Numbered from the stretch's first letter, positions 28,039 to 37,584 are shown. The stretch is DNA of 64,000 nt from Nitrospirota bacterium (GCA_015233895.1 JADFXG010000011.1:37212-101211); one strand, 5' to 3'. Notes: a model not told the origin generated them from the sequence alone. Numbers and translations: made by a program.

Positions 28039-31000
28039 CTGATATCTCCTGTTTTTCTAGTTAATGTATGAGACACCTTCTCTATTGTCGTAGATATTGG
28101 TGTCGTCACTAAAGAAATAAATGGGACGGACACTATCCCTGCACCGTTTCCTGATAAGCTGCCGTCAGCGTACGAACCTGAGGCTACACCGTACATATTC
28201 ACGTTGCCTGACCATGTACTGCCATTTAGGTATCCCCCTGAGGAAAGGTCTGCGTTAGTCGTTGAATCTCCTATAAGCGCTGCCCAACTACCAGTTGCCC
28301 ATTTATAAAAGTGCCAATAAAGTGTTAGTCCATCTGAATTACCAAAAACTATCTCTTTACTGGTTATATTTGAACTTGTTAGATAGCTGCTAAAAGAATA
28401 GGAACCTGTCACACTCCCTATCGTATATATTGATGGGGCTGAACCGCTGGAGGAGGCAAAAAACACTACATTCCCCAACGTTATATTCATATAATCTCCG
28501 TTGATCGATAAAGAACCAGTAAGAGTTGTTCTTCCAATCTCAACAGAAGGCAGGTTTAAATAGCTGAGTGAGCTTATGGCTGATGATGTGGAACAGCCCG
28601 AGGCTCCTGTACTGTTTCCACAAGCAAGATTTAAAAACGTTGCAACGTCCATGTAGATTCCTACACTTCCAAACTCAATTACGTTTGCGTTTCCACCTAA
28701 TCCATCATCATAGGATGTCAGTGAACCTAACAACCCTCCACTGTATATCACAGATTTATTATTTGAGTCAACATAGGTTGAATATACGTTGCCGTAATAT
28801 ACACCATTAGTGTTACCGTTAATGGAAACCAGTGAATAACCAGGACCATAACTATACAGATTCGCAAGCCCTCCGTACTGGTTATCATATGCAGATTCGT
28901 ACCCTGAGTACATATTGTGCGCAAAAGCAATACTATCTATTCCTTCATAGATAAAGCCATGGCTGAAAGATACTCCATAATAAGCGTCTGACACATTGAT
29001 TGGAACATAGGTTAGATTGCCGTTTCCTGACCAACCCCCACTGTTGTTGAAGCTTCCGGTTATACCGCCTGAACCGTTATAATACGAGACCATTGCTCCA
29101 GAGCCATCGGTACCATAATAGATACCAGCAAAATCAGCGTATAGATCATTAGGGCTACCATCGCTTCCTTTAACTCCAGCCAAATAACCCGACACAGTGT
29201 ACCCAGAATATGAGCCGCTTATCGAACTTAACCAAAGTGGATACATAGTGGTGTTTGCATTTGAATACGTACCGGAGGCTGTCACAGATTCAGTAGTTAT
29301 CGTCGATGTATCGGATGGAAACGCACCTGTTAAAGTCCCTGAGACGCCATCTGATGTTCCATTGTTGTAAGGGTATGAGTCCAATGAGACACCGTAAAAA
29401 CCATAGTATGAGTCTTTTGTAACAGATGAGGTAAATAGCGCTGTTGTTGTCGTAGCTGTTGTAGTTGTGGTTGTCTCTCCGCCACCACCACCTCCTCCAG
29501 ATGTTGTTGTGGTTGTCGTAGAGGTAGTAGATGCTGTGGTTGTGGTGGTTGTTGTCGGTGCTGTTGTAGTTGTAAGCGCTGTTGTTGTGGCCGGTGCTGT
29601 TGTCGTTGTAAGTGCTGTTGTTGTGGCTGGTGCTGTTGTAGTAGTCAGTGCTGTTGTAGTTGTCAATGCTGTTGTAGTTGTAAGTGCTGTTGTAGTTGTA
29701 AGTGCTGTTGTTGTAGTCAGTGCTGTTGTAGTTGTAAGTGCTGTTGTAGTTGTAAGTGCTGTTGTTGTTGTAAGTGCTGTTGTTGTAGTAAGTGATGTTG
29801 TCACAGTAGGTATATTGCCAGTACCCGTACCCGTACCAGTGCCAGTGCCAGTACCCGTACCCGTACCAGTGCCCGTACCAGTGCCCGTGCCAGTGCCCGT
29901 GCCAGTACCTGTGCCCGTGCCAGTACCTGTGCCAGTACCATTACCTGTGCCATTACCTGTTGTGTCAGACGAACCAGAAGATCCGGATGATGACCCTGAA
30001 GATCCGGACGATGACCCTGAAGATCCGGACGATGACCCTGAAGAGCCAGAGGATGAGTCAGAAGAGCCAGATGATGATCCGGATGAACCGGACGATGACC
30101 CTGAAGAGCCAGAGGATGAGTCAGAAGAGCCAGATGATGATCCGGATGAACCGGACGATGAGCCTGAAGAGCCAGATGATGATCCGGATGAACCTGATCC
30201 CGATGACGAGTCAGAAGAGCCTGATGATGATCCAGAAGAGCCTGATGATGATCCAGAAGAACCGGATGATGACCCTGATGATCCAGATGAACCGGATGAC
30301 CCTGAGGATCCAGATGAACCCTGTCCTCCGCTGCCACCACTACCACCACTACCTCCACTGCCACCGCTACCACCAGTGCCTCCACTGCCACCACTGCCAC
30401 CACTGCCACCGCTGCTGGAGGATTTAGGTGCCGGCGTTGTATCTTTACCGTAACTGTTCTTTTCAGATTGTGTCATTGTGGTTGGAGCTGAAGGCGCTTG
30501 TCCCAGAGCTACAGAGGTTTTTTGCCCCGCATTTACTTTTACCTCCGGACTGCCTGAAATCTCTGTACTTTTTACCCCTACGCTACCGTCTGCAGTTCTA
30601 ATATCCGTACCGGTATTGGAATTAAAAGAGGTTTGCCAGTCTGTTCCTCTGACTCCGGCAACTGCGTTAGGGGTGTGGATTTCAAAATGGTCAGAGCTCT
30701 TAGCTCCTGCAAGGCGAGAAGCTATACTCTTTTGCACAATAGCTTGTACCTTACCCCTTGGAAGGGCTAACTTAGCATGATATACTCCGTCCGTTACCTT
30801 AAACTCGTTTATATCAACTCGTGTATTTTCTGCAAGCCTTACGATACTGCCATCATTGAACATTATCTCAGCCTTTGACTTACTCTTGGTTCTAAGTACA
30901 TCCTGTTCACTTATTAAATCTCCCACTTTAAGTACTACTGCAGGAAGTTTCCCGCCTCGAAGCACGTCAACGGTACCATCAATTGCAGTTACTTTTCCGA

Positions 31001-31085
31001 CAGAATTATCGGCATGTAACTGTCCGATGAAAACTAAACTCAGTAGTAAAAATACGATAATTAAACCAATTTTTCTGTTTTTCAT
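28035..31085 (-). CDS. Secreted FecR-domain protein with a low-complexity Ser/Gly/Thr linker of about 330 aa and a Gly/Ser/Tyr-rich C-terminal region of about 480 aa
   Basis: Signal peptide, then the FecR-like module GKVTAIDGTVDVLRGGKLPAVVLKVGDLISEQDVLRTKSKSKAEIMFNDGSIVRLAENTRVDINEF...GVRGTDW. Next come (GGS)n, (SSGSSG)n, (GT)n and (TTTTAL)n runs. The C-terminal region is one I do not recognise. GGAGAA RBS 7 nt upstream, 15 nt after the preceding stop. Confidence 0.8.
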   Translation of the reverse strand: MKNRKIGLIIVFLLLSLVFIGQLHADNSVGKVTAIDGTVDVLRGGKLPAVVLKVGDLISEQDVLRTKSKSKAEIMFNDGSIVRLAENTRVDINEFKVTDGVYHAKLALPRGKVQAIVQKSIASRLAGAKSSDHFEIHTPNAVAGVRGTDWQTSFNSNTGTDIRTADGSVGVKSTEISGSPEVKVNAGQKTSVALGQAPSAPTTMTQSEKNSYGKDTTPAPKSSSSGGSGGSGGSGGTGGSGGSGGSGGSGGSGGQGSSGSSGSSGSSGSSGSSSGSSGSSSGSSGSSSGSSDSSSGSGSSGSSSGSSGSSSGSSGSSSGSSDSSSGSSGSSSGSSGSSSGSSDSSSGSSGSSSGSSGSSSGSSGSSSGSSGSSDTTGNGTGNGTGTGTGTGTGTGTGTGTGTGTGTGTGTGTGTGTGTGTGTGNIPTVTTSLTTTTALTTTTALTTTTALTTTTALTTTTALTTTTALTTTTALTTTTALTTTTAPATTTALTTTTAPATTTALTTTTAPTTTTTTTASTTSTTTTTTSGGGGGGGETTTTTTATTTTALFTSSVTKDSYYGFYGVSLDSYPYNNGTSDGVSGTLTGAFPSDTSTITTESVTASGTYSNANTTMYPLWLSSISGSYSGYTVSGYLAGVKGSDGSPNDLYADFAGIYYGTDGSGAMVSYYNGSGGITGSFNNSGGWSGNGNLTYVPINVSDAYYGVSFSHGFIYEGIDSIAFAHNMYSGYESAYDNQYGGLANLYSYGPGYSLVSINGNTNGVYYGNVYSTYVDSNNKSVIYSGGLLGSLTSYDDGLGGNANVIEFGSVGIYMDVATFLNLACGNSTGASGCSTSSAISSLSYLNLPSVEIGRTTLTGSLSINGDYMNITLGNVVFFASSSGSAPSIYTIGSVTGSYSFSSYLTSSNITSKEIVFGNSDGLTLYWHFYKWATGSWAALIGDSTTNADLSSGGYLNGSTWSGNVNMYGVASGSYADGSLSGNGAGIVSVPFISLVTTPISTTIEKVSHTLTRKTGDIR
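29467..30453. repeat. Coding microsatellite-like arrays inside the FecR-domain gene (18-bp TTTTAL units, 6-bp GT units, 9-18-bp SSG units)
   Basis: Direct reading shows repeated GTAAGTGCTGTTGTAGTT-type units at about 29570-29800, CCAGTACCCGTACC-type units at about 29815-29960, and GATGATGACCCTGAAGATCCGGAC-type units at about 29965-30420. Confidence 0.85.
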
Positions 31086-31100
31086 TATTAATTCTCCGCT

Positions 31101-32552
31101 TTAATTTCCATTGTCACAGACATGTCCTGTCATTAGCCGTTTAGGGTTTAATGTCCCCTGATAACACTCAAGCAGCACGCTTTTACAACTTGCCTCCGTA
31201 CCGCTTGTGTAAACCGATGTTGAGGTAAATTTGAGAAATCCCCCGTATATGCTTGCTTTGTTGGTATCACTCATAATTATAGTCTCATTATTAGATGATG
31301 ACAACGAGATAGTATTTTGCGAAAATTTTATAATATACATTTTTTTAGACGCCAAATAATTAGCAAAAGTGTTGGTTGTGCCGGAGGGTGTCGCATTATC
31401 GGCTGCTCCTACCGTAAATTTTACAGTTAAATCCTGTGACGACCTGTTTGATGCGATACAATAGCTTGGGTTAGAGCTATTTGTTGATAAGTAGGGAAAA
31501 TAATATGTAATATAAGATATGCTTGCTGAATACACTCCGGTAAAGATATAACCCCCAAAGGGTACAGCAACAAGTTTTAATCCGTCTGATGAGGACGCTA
31601 TGGAATACCAATCTCTGCTACCGGCACTCGTTTGCTCTGTCCATGTAGCTCCTGAATCTGTTGAGGTATAAATAAACCCGCCATAATCTATCGCAGCAAG
31701 TTTAGTCCCATCTGATGAGGACGCTATCCCACCCCAAAATCTGCTGCCGGAACTGGTTTGCTCAGTCCATGTAGAACCTGAATTTGTTGATGTATATATA
31801 TAACCATTATTTATGCCACCAACTACGGCAGCGAGCTTTGTCCCATCTGATGATGATGCTATTGAAGTCCAGGTTCTATTGTCAGCAACGGTTCGCTCAG
31901 TCCAATCAACACCCGAATTTGTTGAGGTATAGATAAACCCACCAGTACCATCAGTACCACTATCTACGGCAGCGAGTTTTGTTCCATCGGATGATGACGC
32001 TATCCCATTCCAACCTCTAATGTTAGAATTGGTTTGCTCTGTCCAATGATCACCTGAATTTGTTGAGGTATAGATATAACCTGGGGAATAATCTGTAGCA
32101 GCGAGTTTTGTTCCATCTGATGAGGACGCTATTGCATACCAACTTCTGCTACCGGAACTTGTGCGCTCTGTCCATATAGCACCTGAATTTGATGAGGTAT
32201 AAAGATAACCTGGACTACCATCTGCAGCAACGAGTTTTGTTCCATCTGATGATGACGCAATTGCAGCCCAAAATCTGCTGCCGGCTAAAGTTTGCGGTGT
32301 CCAATTATCTCCTGAATTTGTTGAGGTATATATATACCCACCTGAGCCACTGCCATCATAATCAACAGCAGCGAGTTTTGTCCCATTATCTGATGACGCT
32401 ATTCCACCCCAATCTCTGTTACCGGCGTCGGTTTGCTGAGTCCATGTCCACCCTGCATAAGACACTGTTGGCAACAACAATATTAACATTAACAACAAAA
32501 CAAAATATTTCGCTAAAAAACTGTGTGTTTTCATAACCGTATCATTATTCAT
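31101..32552 (-). CDS. Secreted Asp-box (BNR-like) beta-propeller protein with type B CTD (ends CDNGN)
   Basis: Signal peptide ..LPTVSYA|GW, then about 8 repeats of YIYTST(N/D)SG..WT.QT..GSR.W..IASSSDGTKLAA (the Asp-box SxDxGxTW). The CTD is FPYLSTNSSNPSYCIASNRSSQDLTVKFTV...SCKSVLLECYQGTLNPKRLMTGHVCDNGN. Confidence 0.8.
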   Translation of the reverse strand: MNNDTVMKTHSFLAKYFVLLLMLILLLPTVSYAGWTWTQQTDAGNRDWGGIASSDNGTKLAAVDYDGSGSGGYIYTSTNSGDNWTPQTLAGSRFWAAIASSSDGTKLVAADGSPGYLYTSSNSGAIWTERTSSGSRSWYAIASSSDGTKLAATDYSPGYIYTSTNSGDHWTEQTNSNIRGWNGIASSSDGTKLAAVDSGTDGTGGFIYTSTNSGVDWTERTVADNRTWTSIASSSDGTKLAAVVGGINNGYIYTSTNSGSTWTEQTSSGSRFWGGIASSSDGTKLAAIDYGGFIYTSTDSGATWTEQTSAGSRDWYSIASSSDGLKLVAVPFGGYIFTGVYSASISYITYYFPYLSTNSSNPSYCIASNRSSQDLTVKFTVGAADNATPSGTTNTFANYLASKKMYIIKFSQNTISLSSSNNETIIMSDTNKASIYGGFLKFTSTSVYTSGTEASCKSVLLECYQGTLNPKRLMTGHVCDNGN

Positions 32553-32576
32553 TCAATTAACCTTTTAAACCTGCCT

Positions 32577-34025
32577 TTAATGCCCAAGTGCTGTTGAAGA
32601 CACGGTGTCTATACAAGCATAACCAGTAACGGGTCTTCTGGGTTCACTATATCCTTGTAAACAGGAGATTACAACATTATGACAGGAGGCCTGAGTGCCT
32701 GATAAATATGCAGCCGTACTAACAAAAGCCAGAGACCCGCCGTATGAGCCTGAATTAGCAATATTCGATAATAAAGACAGAGACTCAGTTCCGCTTAGTG
32801 GATTATAAATTGAGGCGGTTTTTTCTTGAAACGTGAACAGCCGTGTAGTTTGGCTGTTAAGATAGTTTGAAAATGTTTGTTTACCGGCACCGGCAGCAGG
32901 TGAGTTATTGTCAGCCGATTTCACTTCAAAGCTAACGGTCATATTCTCTGAGGATAAGTTTGAAGCTATACAGTAAACGGTATTATTTGTATTTGTATGA
33001 AGATAGGGGATGTTGTATGCAACAGTTGAGGGATAGTAGCCAGTGTAAATATAGCCACCATAAAGTGCAGCAGCAAGTTTTGTCCCATCTGATGATGACG
33101 CAATTGCATTCCAACTTCTGCTGCCGGCACTCGTTTGAGCAGTCCATGTAGCTCCTGAATCTGTTGATATATATATATAGCCACCAGAAACTGTAGCAGC
33201 GAGTTTAGTCCCATCTGATGATGACGCTATCCCATCCCAGGGTTGGATACCGGCACCCGTTTGTGTAGTCCAATTGCCACCTGAATTGGTTGAGGTATAT
33301 ATATACCCACCACTGCCGCCATTCCAAACTACCGCAGCGAGTTTTGTCCCATCTGATGACGATGCTATTGAATACCAACCCCGGCTACCAGCATTCATTT
33401 GTGGTGACCATGTAGAGCCTGAATTGGTTGAGGTATAAATATAACCACTTTCAACTGCAGCAGCAAGTTTTGTTCCGTCTGATGAGGACGTTATTCCAAC
33501 CCAAAATCTGCTGCCAACAGCAGTATGCGCAGTCCAATTATCACCTGAATTGGTTGAGGTGTATATGTACCCGCCACCGTCACTGCCAAAGTAATCTACC
33601 GCAGCGAGTTGTATCCCATCTGACGATGATGCTATTGAATACCAACCCCGGCTGCCAGCACTCGTTTGTTCAGTCCAATTGTCACCTGAATTGGTTGAGG
33701 TATAAATATAACCACTATAAGCTCCGGCAGCAAGTTTTGATCCGTCTGCTGATGAAGTTACAGCATGCCAATTTCTGCTACCGGCACTTGTTTTTGCTAT
33801 CCATGTAGCACCTGAATCTGTTGAGATATAAATGTAGCCTGGAGAAACTGCAGCGACAAGTTTTGTACCATCTGATGAGGACGCTATTGTTTGCCAGTTT
33901 TTGCTGCCGGAAACGGTTTGTCCTGTCCAAACCCAGTCGGCGGAAGACACCTCAGGCACCAACAAGATAACCAATAATGATGTTAATAAAAAAATGTGTT
34001 TAAATATAAAACTGTGCTTTTTCAT
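32577..34025 (-). CDS. Secreted Asp-box beta-propeller protein with type A CTD (ends LGH)
   Basis: I prefer the start MKKHSF at 34025 (GGGAGAC RBS). It has the signal peptide ..PEVSSA|DW and about 8 Asp-box blades. The CTD is YNIPYLHTNTNNTVYCIASNLSSENMTVSFEV...SGTQASCHNVVISCLQGYSEPRRPVTGYACID...LGH. Confidence 0.8.
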   Translation of the reverse strand: MKKHSFIFKHIFLLTSLLVILLVPEVSSADWVWTGQTVSGSKNWQTIASSSDGTKLVAAVSPGYIYISTDSGATWIAKTSAGSRNWHAVTSSADGSKLAAGAYSGYIYTSTNSGDNWTEQTSAGSRGWYSIASSSDGIQLAAVDYFGSDGGGYIYTSTNSGDNWTAHTAVGSRFWVGITSSSDGTKLAAAVESGYIYTSTNSGSTWSPQMNAGSRGWYSIASSSDGTKLAAVVWNGGSGGYIYTSTNSGGNWTTQTGAGIQPWDGIASSSDGTKLAATVSGGYIYISTDSGATWTAQTSAGSRSWNAIASSSDGTKLAAALYGGYIYTGYYPSTVAYNIPYLHTNTNNTVYCIASNLSSENMTVSFEVKSADNNSPAAGAGKQTFSNYLNSQTTRLFTFQEKTASIYNPLSGTESLSLLSNIANSGSYGGSLAFVSTAAYLSGTQASCHNVVISCLQGYSEPRRPVTGYACIDTVSSTALGH

Positions 34026-34131
34026 GGATAAGTCTCCCACTTTTGCTAAAAAACATCTAATCGCCTCGCAAACAGTATTTATGTAACATTAACACCCCGA
34101 TAGCAATTTTTTACGACACATTGCCTTTAGT

Positions 34132-34163
34132 ATTATACATTAACAGAAAAGAATAAATGTCAA
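34132..34163 (-). promoter_or_regulatory. Candidate promoter for the 32577..34025 / 31101..32552 pair
   Basis: On the minus strand, TATTGACA (-35 at 34163-34158) is followed by either ATGTAT (17-nt spacer) or TATAAT (20-nt spacer). The spacing is ambiguous. Confidence 0.35.
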
Positions 34164-34210
34164 TAACAAATGTTACCTAAAGAATATTTGTTAAAAATAT
34201 TTTATCTGTG

Positions 34211-36133
34211 TTAAGGTGGAGGACTATAGTTGTAGTAGTATCCATTTTCACAAACCTGCCCTGTCATCAGCCGCTTAGGGTTAAAAGTCCCCTGATAACA
34301 TTCAAGCAACACGCTTTTACAACGTGCCTCCGTACCGCTTGTGTAAACAGCTGTTGAGGTAAACGTGAGAAATCCCCCGTATAGGCTTGCATTGTTGGTA
34401 TCACTCATAATTATAGTCTCATTATTAGATGATGACAACGAGATAGTATTTTGCGAAAATTTTATAATATACATTTTTTTAGACGCCAAATAATTAGCAA
34501 AAGTGTTGGTTGTGCCGGAGGGTGTCGCATTATCGGCTGCTCCTACCGTAAATTTTACAGTTAAATCCTGTGACGACCTGTTTGATGCCATACAGTAGCT
34601 TGGATTAGAGCTGTTTGTTGATAAGTACGGAATATCGTATGTAACAGTTGATTGACCTTGAGAGAAATACGCAACAACTGAACAGTCAAAAGTTACAGGA
34701 CTTGTTGTGTAGATGGTGCCGGAAAGGCTGCCTCCACACGTACCTTCTACTGAGGATACCGAATAACCTGTATTAGGGGTAATCGTAAAAGACGTTCCCG
34801 TATTATCGTTAACAGTTTGTGCCGTGTTTGGGCTTATACTTCCACCAGCGCCTGCCGATGGGGTTACCGCATAGGTCTGATGTGATGCCGTTGCTGTAAC
34901 CGTACAGTCAGCTGTTACCGCTCCTGTTGTATAGCTTACTGTTGTATCAACAACCTGAACTCCGGGGTCAGTGCCGCCACATCCTGATACACTTATTATA
35001 CGAAAACCGGAGGCAGGGGTAAACTGAAATGTTATCGTACCGTTATCAACCACGCCTTGTGGTGAGATTTTGTCTGTAGTTACGTTTGTTAAGGATTCGG
35101 TTACTGTCCAGCTACCAAAAACACCTGTATAAATAAACCCACCTGAACCAGTACCATTCTTATCTATGGCGGCAAATTTTGTGCCATCTGATGATGCAGC
35201 TATTCCATACCAATGTCTGCTACCGGCATTCGTTTGCTCAGTCCATGTAGCTCCTGAATCTGTTGAAATATAAATATAACCTCCATCAACTACTGCAGCG
35301 AGTTTTGAGCCGTCTGATGAGGACGCTATTGCATACCAATCTCTGCTGCCGGCACTCGTTTGCGTAGTCCATGTAGCTCCTGAATCTGTTGAGGTATATA
35401 TATAATCAGGAGTATCATCAGCTGCTGCTGCAAGCTTTGACCCATCTGATGATGACGCTATTGAATACCAATATCTGCTACCGGAATTTGTTTGAGGAGT
35501 CCATGTTTCACCAGAATTGATTGAGGTATATATATAACCATTATCAATAACTCCGACAGCGAGTTTTAACCCATTTGTTGAGGATGTTATAGACCACCAG
35601 GATCTGCTGCCGGCATTGGTTCGCGGAATCCATGTAGCCCCTGAATCTGTTGAAGAGTAAATATATCCACCACCGTAATACCCATCTACAGCAGCAAGTT
35701 TAGTACCATCTGATGAGGATGTTATTGAACTCCAAAGTCTAATGCCGGCACTCGTTTGCGGAAACCATGTAGCCCCTGAATCTGTTGAAGTGTAAATATA
35801 ACCACCACCACCATCTCCATTGTTCCCGGCAGCGAGTTTTGTCCCATCTGACGAGGACGCTATTGAATACCAATATCTACTCCCGGCATTCGTTTGCTCT
35901 GTCCATGTAGCCCCTGAATCGGTTGAGGTATATATAGAACCCCCATAAGCTACAGCAGCGAGTTTAGTGCCATCTGATGATGACGCTATCCCAAACCAAT
36001 ATCCGGTACCGGCACCCGTCTGTACTGTCCAACCATAATCTGCATAGGACACTGTCGGCACAAACAATATCATCAGTAACAATAAAACAATATAATTTAG
36101 TATAAAACAATATTTTTTCATAAAAGTTTCCAT
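34211..36133 (-). CDS. Secreted Asp-box beta-propeller protein with two InlB-B-repeat-like modules and a type B CTD (ends CENGYYYNYSPPP)
   Basis: Signal peptide ..VPTVSYA|DY and about 8 Asp-box blades. Two modules of about 80 aa follow (WTVTESLTNVTTDKISPQG..GFRIISVSGCGGT..DCTVTAT; YAVTPSAGAGGSISPN..GYSVSSVEGTCGGSL..FDCSVVAYF), then the type B CTD. Confidence 0.8.
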   Translation of the reverse strand: METFMKKYCFILNYIVLLLLMILFVPTVSYADYGWTVQTGAGTGYWFGIASSSDGTKLAAVAYGGSIYTSTDSGATWTEQTNAGSRYWYSIASSSDGTKLAAGNNGDGGGGYIYTSTDSGATWFPQTSAGIRLWSSITSSSDGTKLAAVDGYYGGGYIYSSTDSGATWIPRTNAGSRSWWSITSSTNGLKLAVGVIDNGYIYTSINSGETWTPQTNSGSRYWYSIASSSDGSKLAAAADDTPDYIYTSTDSGATWTTQTSAGSRDWYAIASSSDGSKLAAVVDGGYIYISTDSGATWTEQTNAGSRHWYGIAASSDGTKFAAIDKNGTGSGGFIYTGVFGSWTVTESLTNVTTDKISPQGVVDNGTITFQFTPASGFRIISVSGCGGTDPGVQVVDTTVSYTTGAVTADCTVTATASHQTYAVTPSAGAGGSISPNTAQTVNDNTGTSFTITPNTGYSVSSVEGTCGGSLSGTIYTTSPVTFDCSVVAYFSQGQSTVTYDIPYLSTNSSNPSYCMASNRSSQDLTVKFTVGAADNATPSGTTNTFANYLASKKMYIIKFSQNTISLSSSNNETIIMSDTNNASLYGGFLTFTSTAVYTSGTEARCKSVLLECYQGTFNPKRLMTGQVCENGYYYNYSPPP

Positions 36134-36147
36134 TCAATTAACCACCA

Positions 36148-37584
36148 TTAATGCCCGATCACAGTCGAAACAGAGTCTATACAAACATAACCCGTAACGG
36201 GTCTTCTTGGTTCACTGTATCCTTGTAAACACGATATCATGATCTTTGAACAGGATGCCTGAGTGCCTGATGAAAACACACCGGTACTGACAAAAGTTAG
36301 CGACCCGCCGTATGAGCCTGAATTAGCAATATCTGATGATAAGTCCAAAGACTCAGTTCCAGTTACGGGACTATAAATGGAAGCGGTTTTCTCTTGAAAA
36401 GTAAACAGACGTGTAGTTTGGCTGCTAAGATAGTTTGTAAACGTTTGTATGCCGGTAGAAAGAGTGTCGTTGTCTGCCGATTCCACCGTAAAGCTAACAT
36501 TCATATCTTCTGAGGACAAGTTTGTTGCCACACAGTAAACGACATTATTTGTGTTTGTATGAAGATACGGTAAATTGTATTTAACTGTTGAAGGTTGAGA
36601 GCCGGTGTAAATATAGCCTCCAACTTCACTGCCATACTCATCTACAGCAGCGAGTTTCGTGCCATCTGATGAGGATGCTATTGAATACCAACCTCTGCTA
36701 CCGGCACTCGTTTGTTCTGTCCATGTAACACCTGAATCTGTTGAGGTATAAATATAACCGCCCAAATCGCCAGCAGCGAGTTTCGTACCATCTGATGATG
36801 ACGCTATTGATTGCCAATATCTGCTATCGGCACTTGTTTGCTCAGTCCATGTAGCGCCTGAATCGGTTGAGGTATAAATATAACCTGGACTATCATCTAC
36901 AGCAGCGAGTTTTGTCCCATCTGATGATGACGCTATTGAAGACCAATATCTGCTACCGGCACTAGTTTGATTATCCCATGTAGCGCCTGAATCTGTTGAG
37001 GTATATATATAACCGCTACTGCTACAAACTGTAGTAGCAAGTTTTGTCCCATCTGATGAGGATGTTATTGAACACCAATTTGTGCTACCAGCACTCGTTC
37101 GCTGGGTCCATGTAGCTCCTGAATCTGTTGAGGTATATATATAACCAATAGCTCCACCTTCATCCACAGCAGCGAGTTTAGTGCCATCTGACGATGACGA
37201 TATTGAGTTCCAATCTCTGCTACCGGCATTCGTTTGCTCAGTCCATGTAGCTCCTGAATCTGCCGAGGTATAAATATACCCATTCCAAACTCCGGCAGTG
37301 AGTTTTGTCCCGTCTGATGAGGACGTTATTGAATACCAATTTCTGCTGCCGGCATTCGTTTGTGCCGTCCATGAAGCTCCTGAATTGGTTGAGGTATAAA
37401 TATAACCATTGCGAACCACTGCAGCAAGTCTTTTCCCGTCTGACGATGAAGCAATTGAATACCAATTTCTACTGCCGGACGTGGTTTTTGCTGACCACAT
37501 AAAGTCGGCAAGGGACAACACAGGTAAAAGCACAATCAGCGCCGATAAAACAATGTACTTAACAATAAAACTGTATCTTTTCAT
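36148..37584 (-). CDS. Secreted Asp-box beta-propeller protein with type A CTD (ends VIGH)
   Basis: Signal peptide ..LPVLSLA|DF and about 8 Asp-box blades. The CTD is YNLPYLHTNTNNVVYCVATNLSSEDMNVSFTV...SGTQASCSKIMISCLQGYSEPRRPVTGYVCID..VIGH. Confidence 0.8.
   Translation of the reverse strand: MKRYSFIVKYIVLSALIVLLPVLSLADFMWSAKTTSGSRNWYSIASSSDGKRLAAVVRNGYIYTSTNSGASWTAQTNAGSRNWYSITSSSDGTKLTAGVWNGYIYTSADSGATWTEQTNAGSRDWNSISSSSDGTKLAAVDEGGAIGYIYTSTDSGATWTQRTSAGSTNWCSITSSSDGTKLATTVCSSSGYIYTSTDSGATWDNQTSAGSRYWSSIASSSDGTKLAAVDDSPGYIYTSTDSGATWTEQTSADSRYWQSIASSSDGTKLAAGDLGGYIYTSTDSGVTWTEQTSAGSRGWYSIASSSDGTKLAAVDEYGSEVGGYIYTGSQPSTVKYNLPYLHTNTNNVVYCVATNLSSEDMNVSFTVESADNDTLSTGIQTFTNYLSSQTTRLFTFQEKTASIYSPVTGTESLDLSSDIANSGSYGGSLTFVSTGVFSSGTQASCSKIMISCLQGYSEPRRPVTGYVCIDSVSTVIGH

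Noticed and set aside
29467-30453. Long ORFs over the repeat region on both strands: 29467..30453 (+, 328 aa, poly-V/P/D/E), 29801..30409 (-, an alternative frame to the FecR-domain gene) and 29960..30427 (+)
   Set aside because: They lie entirely inside the low-complexity tandem-repeat part of the 28035..31085 gene. Their open frames are a by-product of the repeat periodicity. They have no RBS and no sensible domain content.
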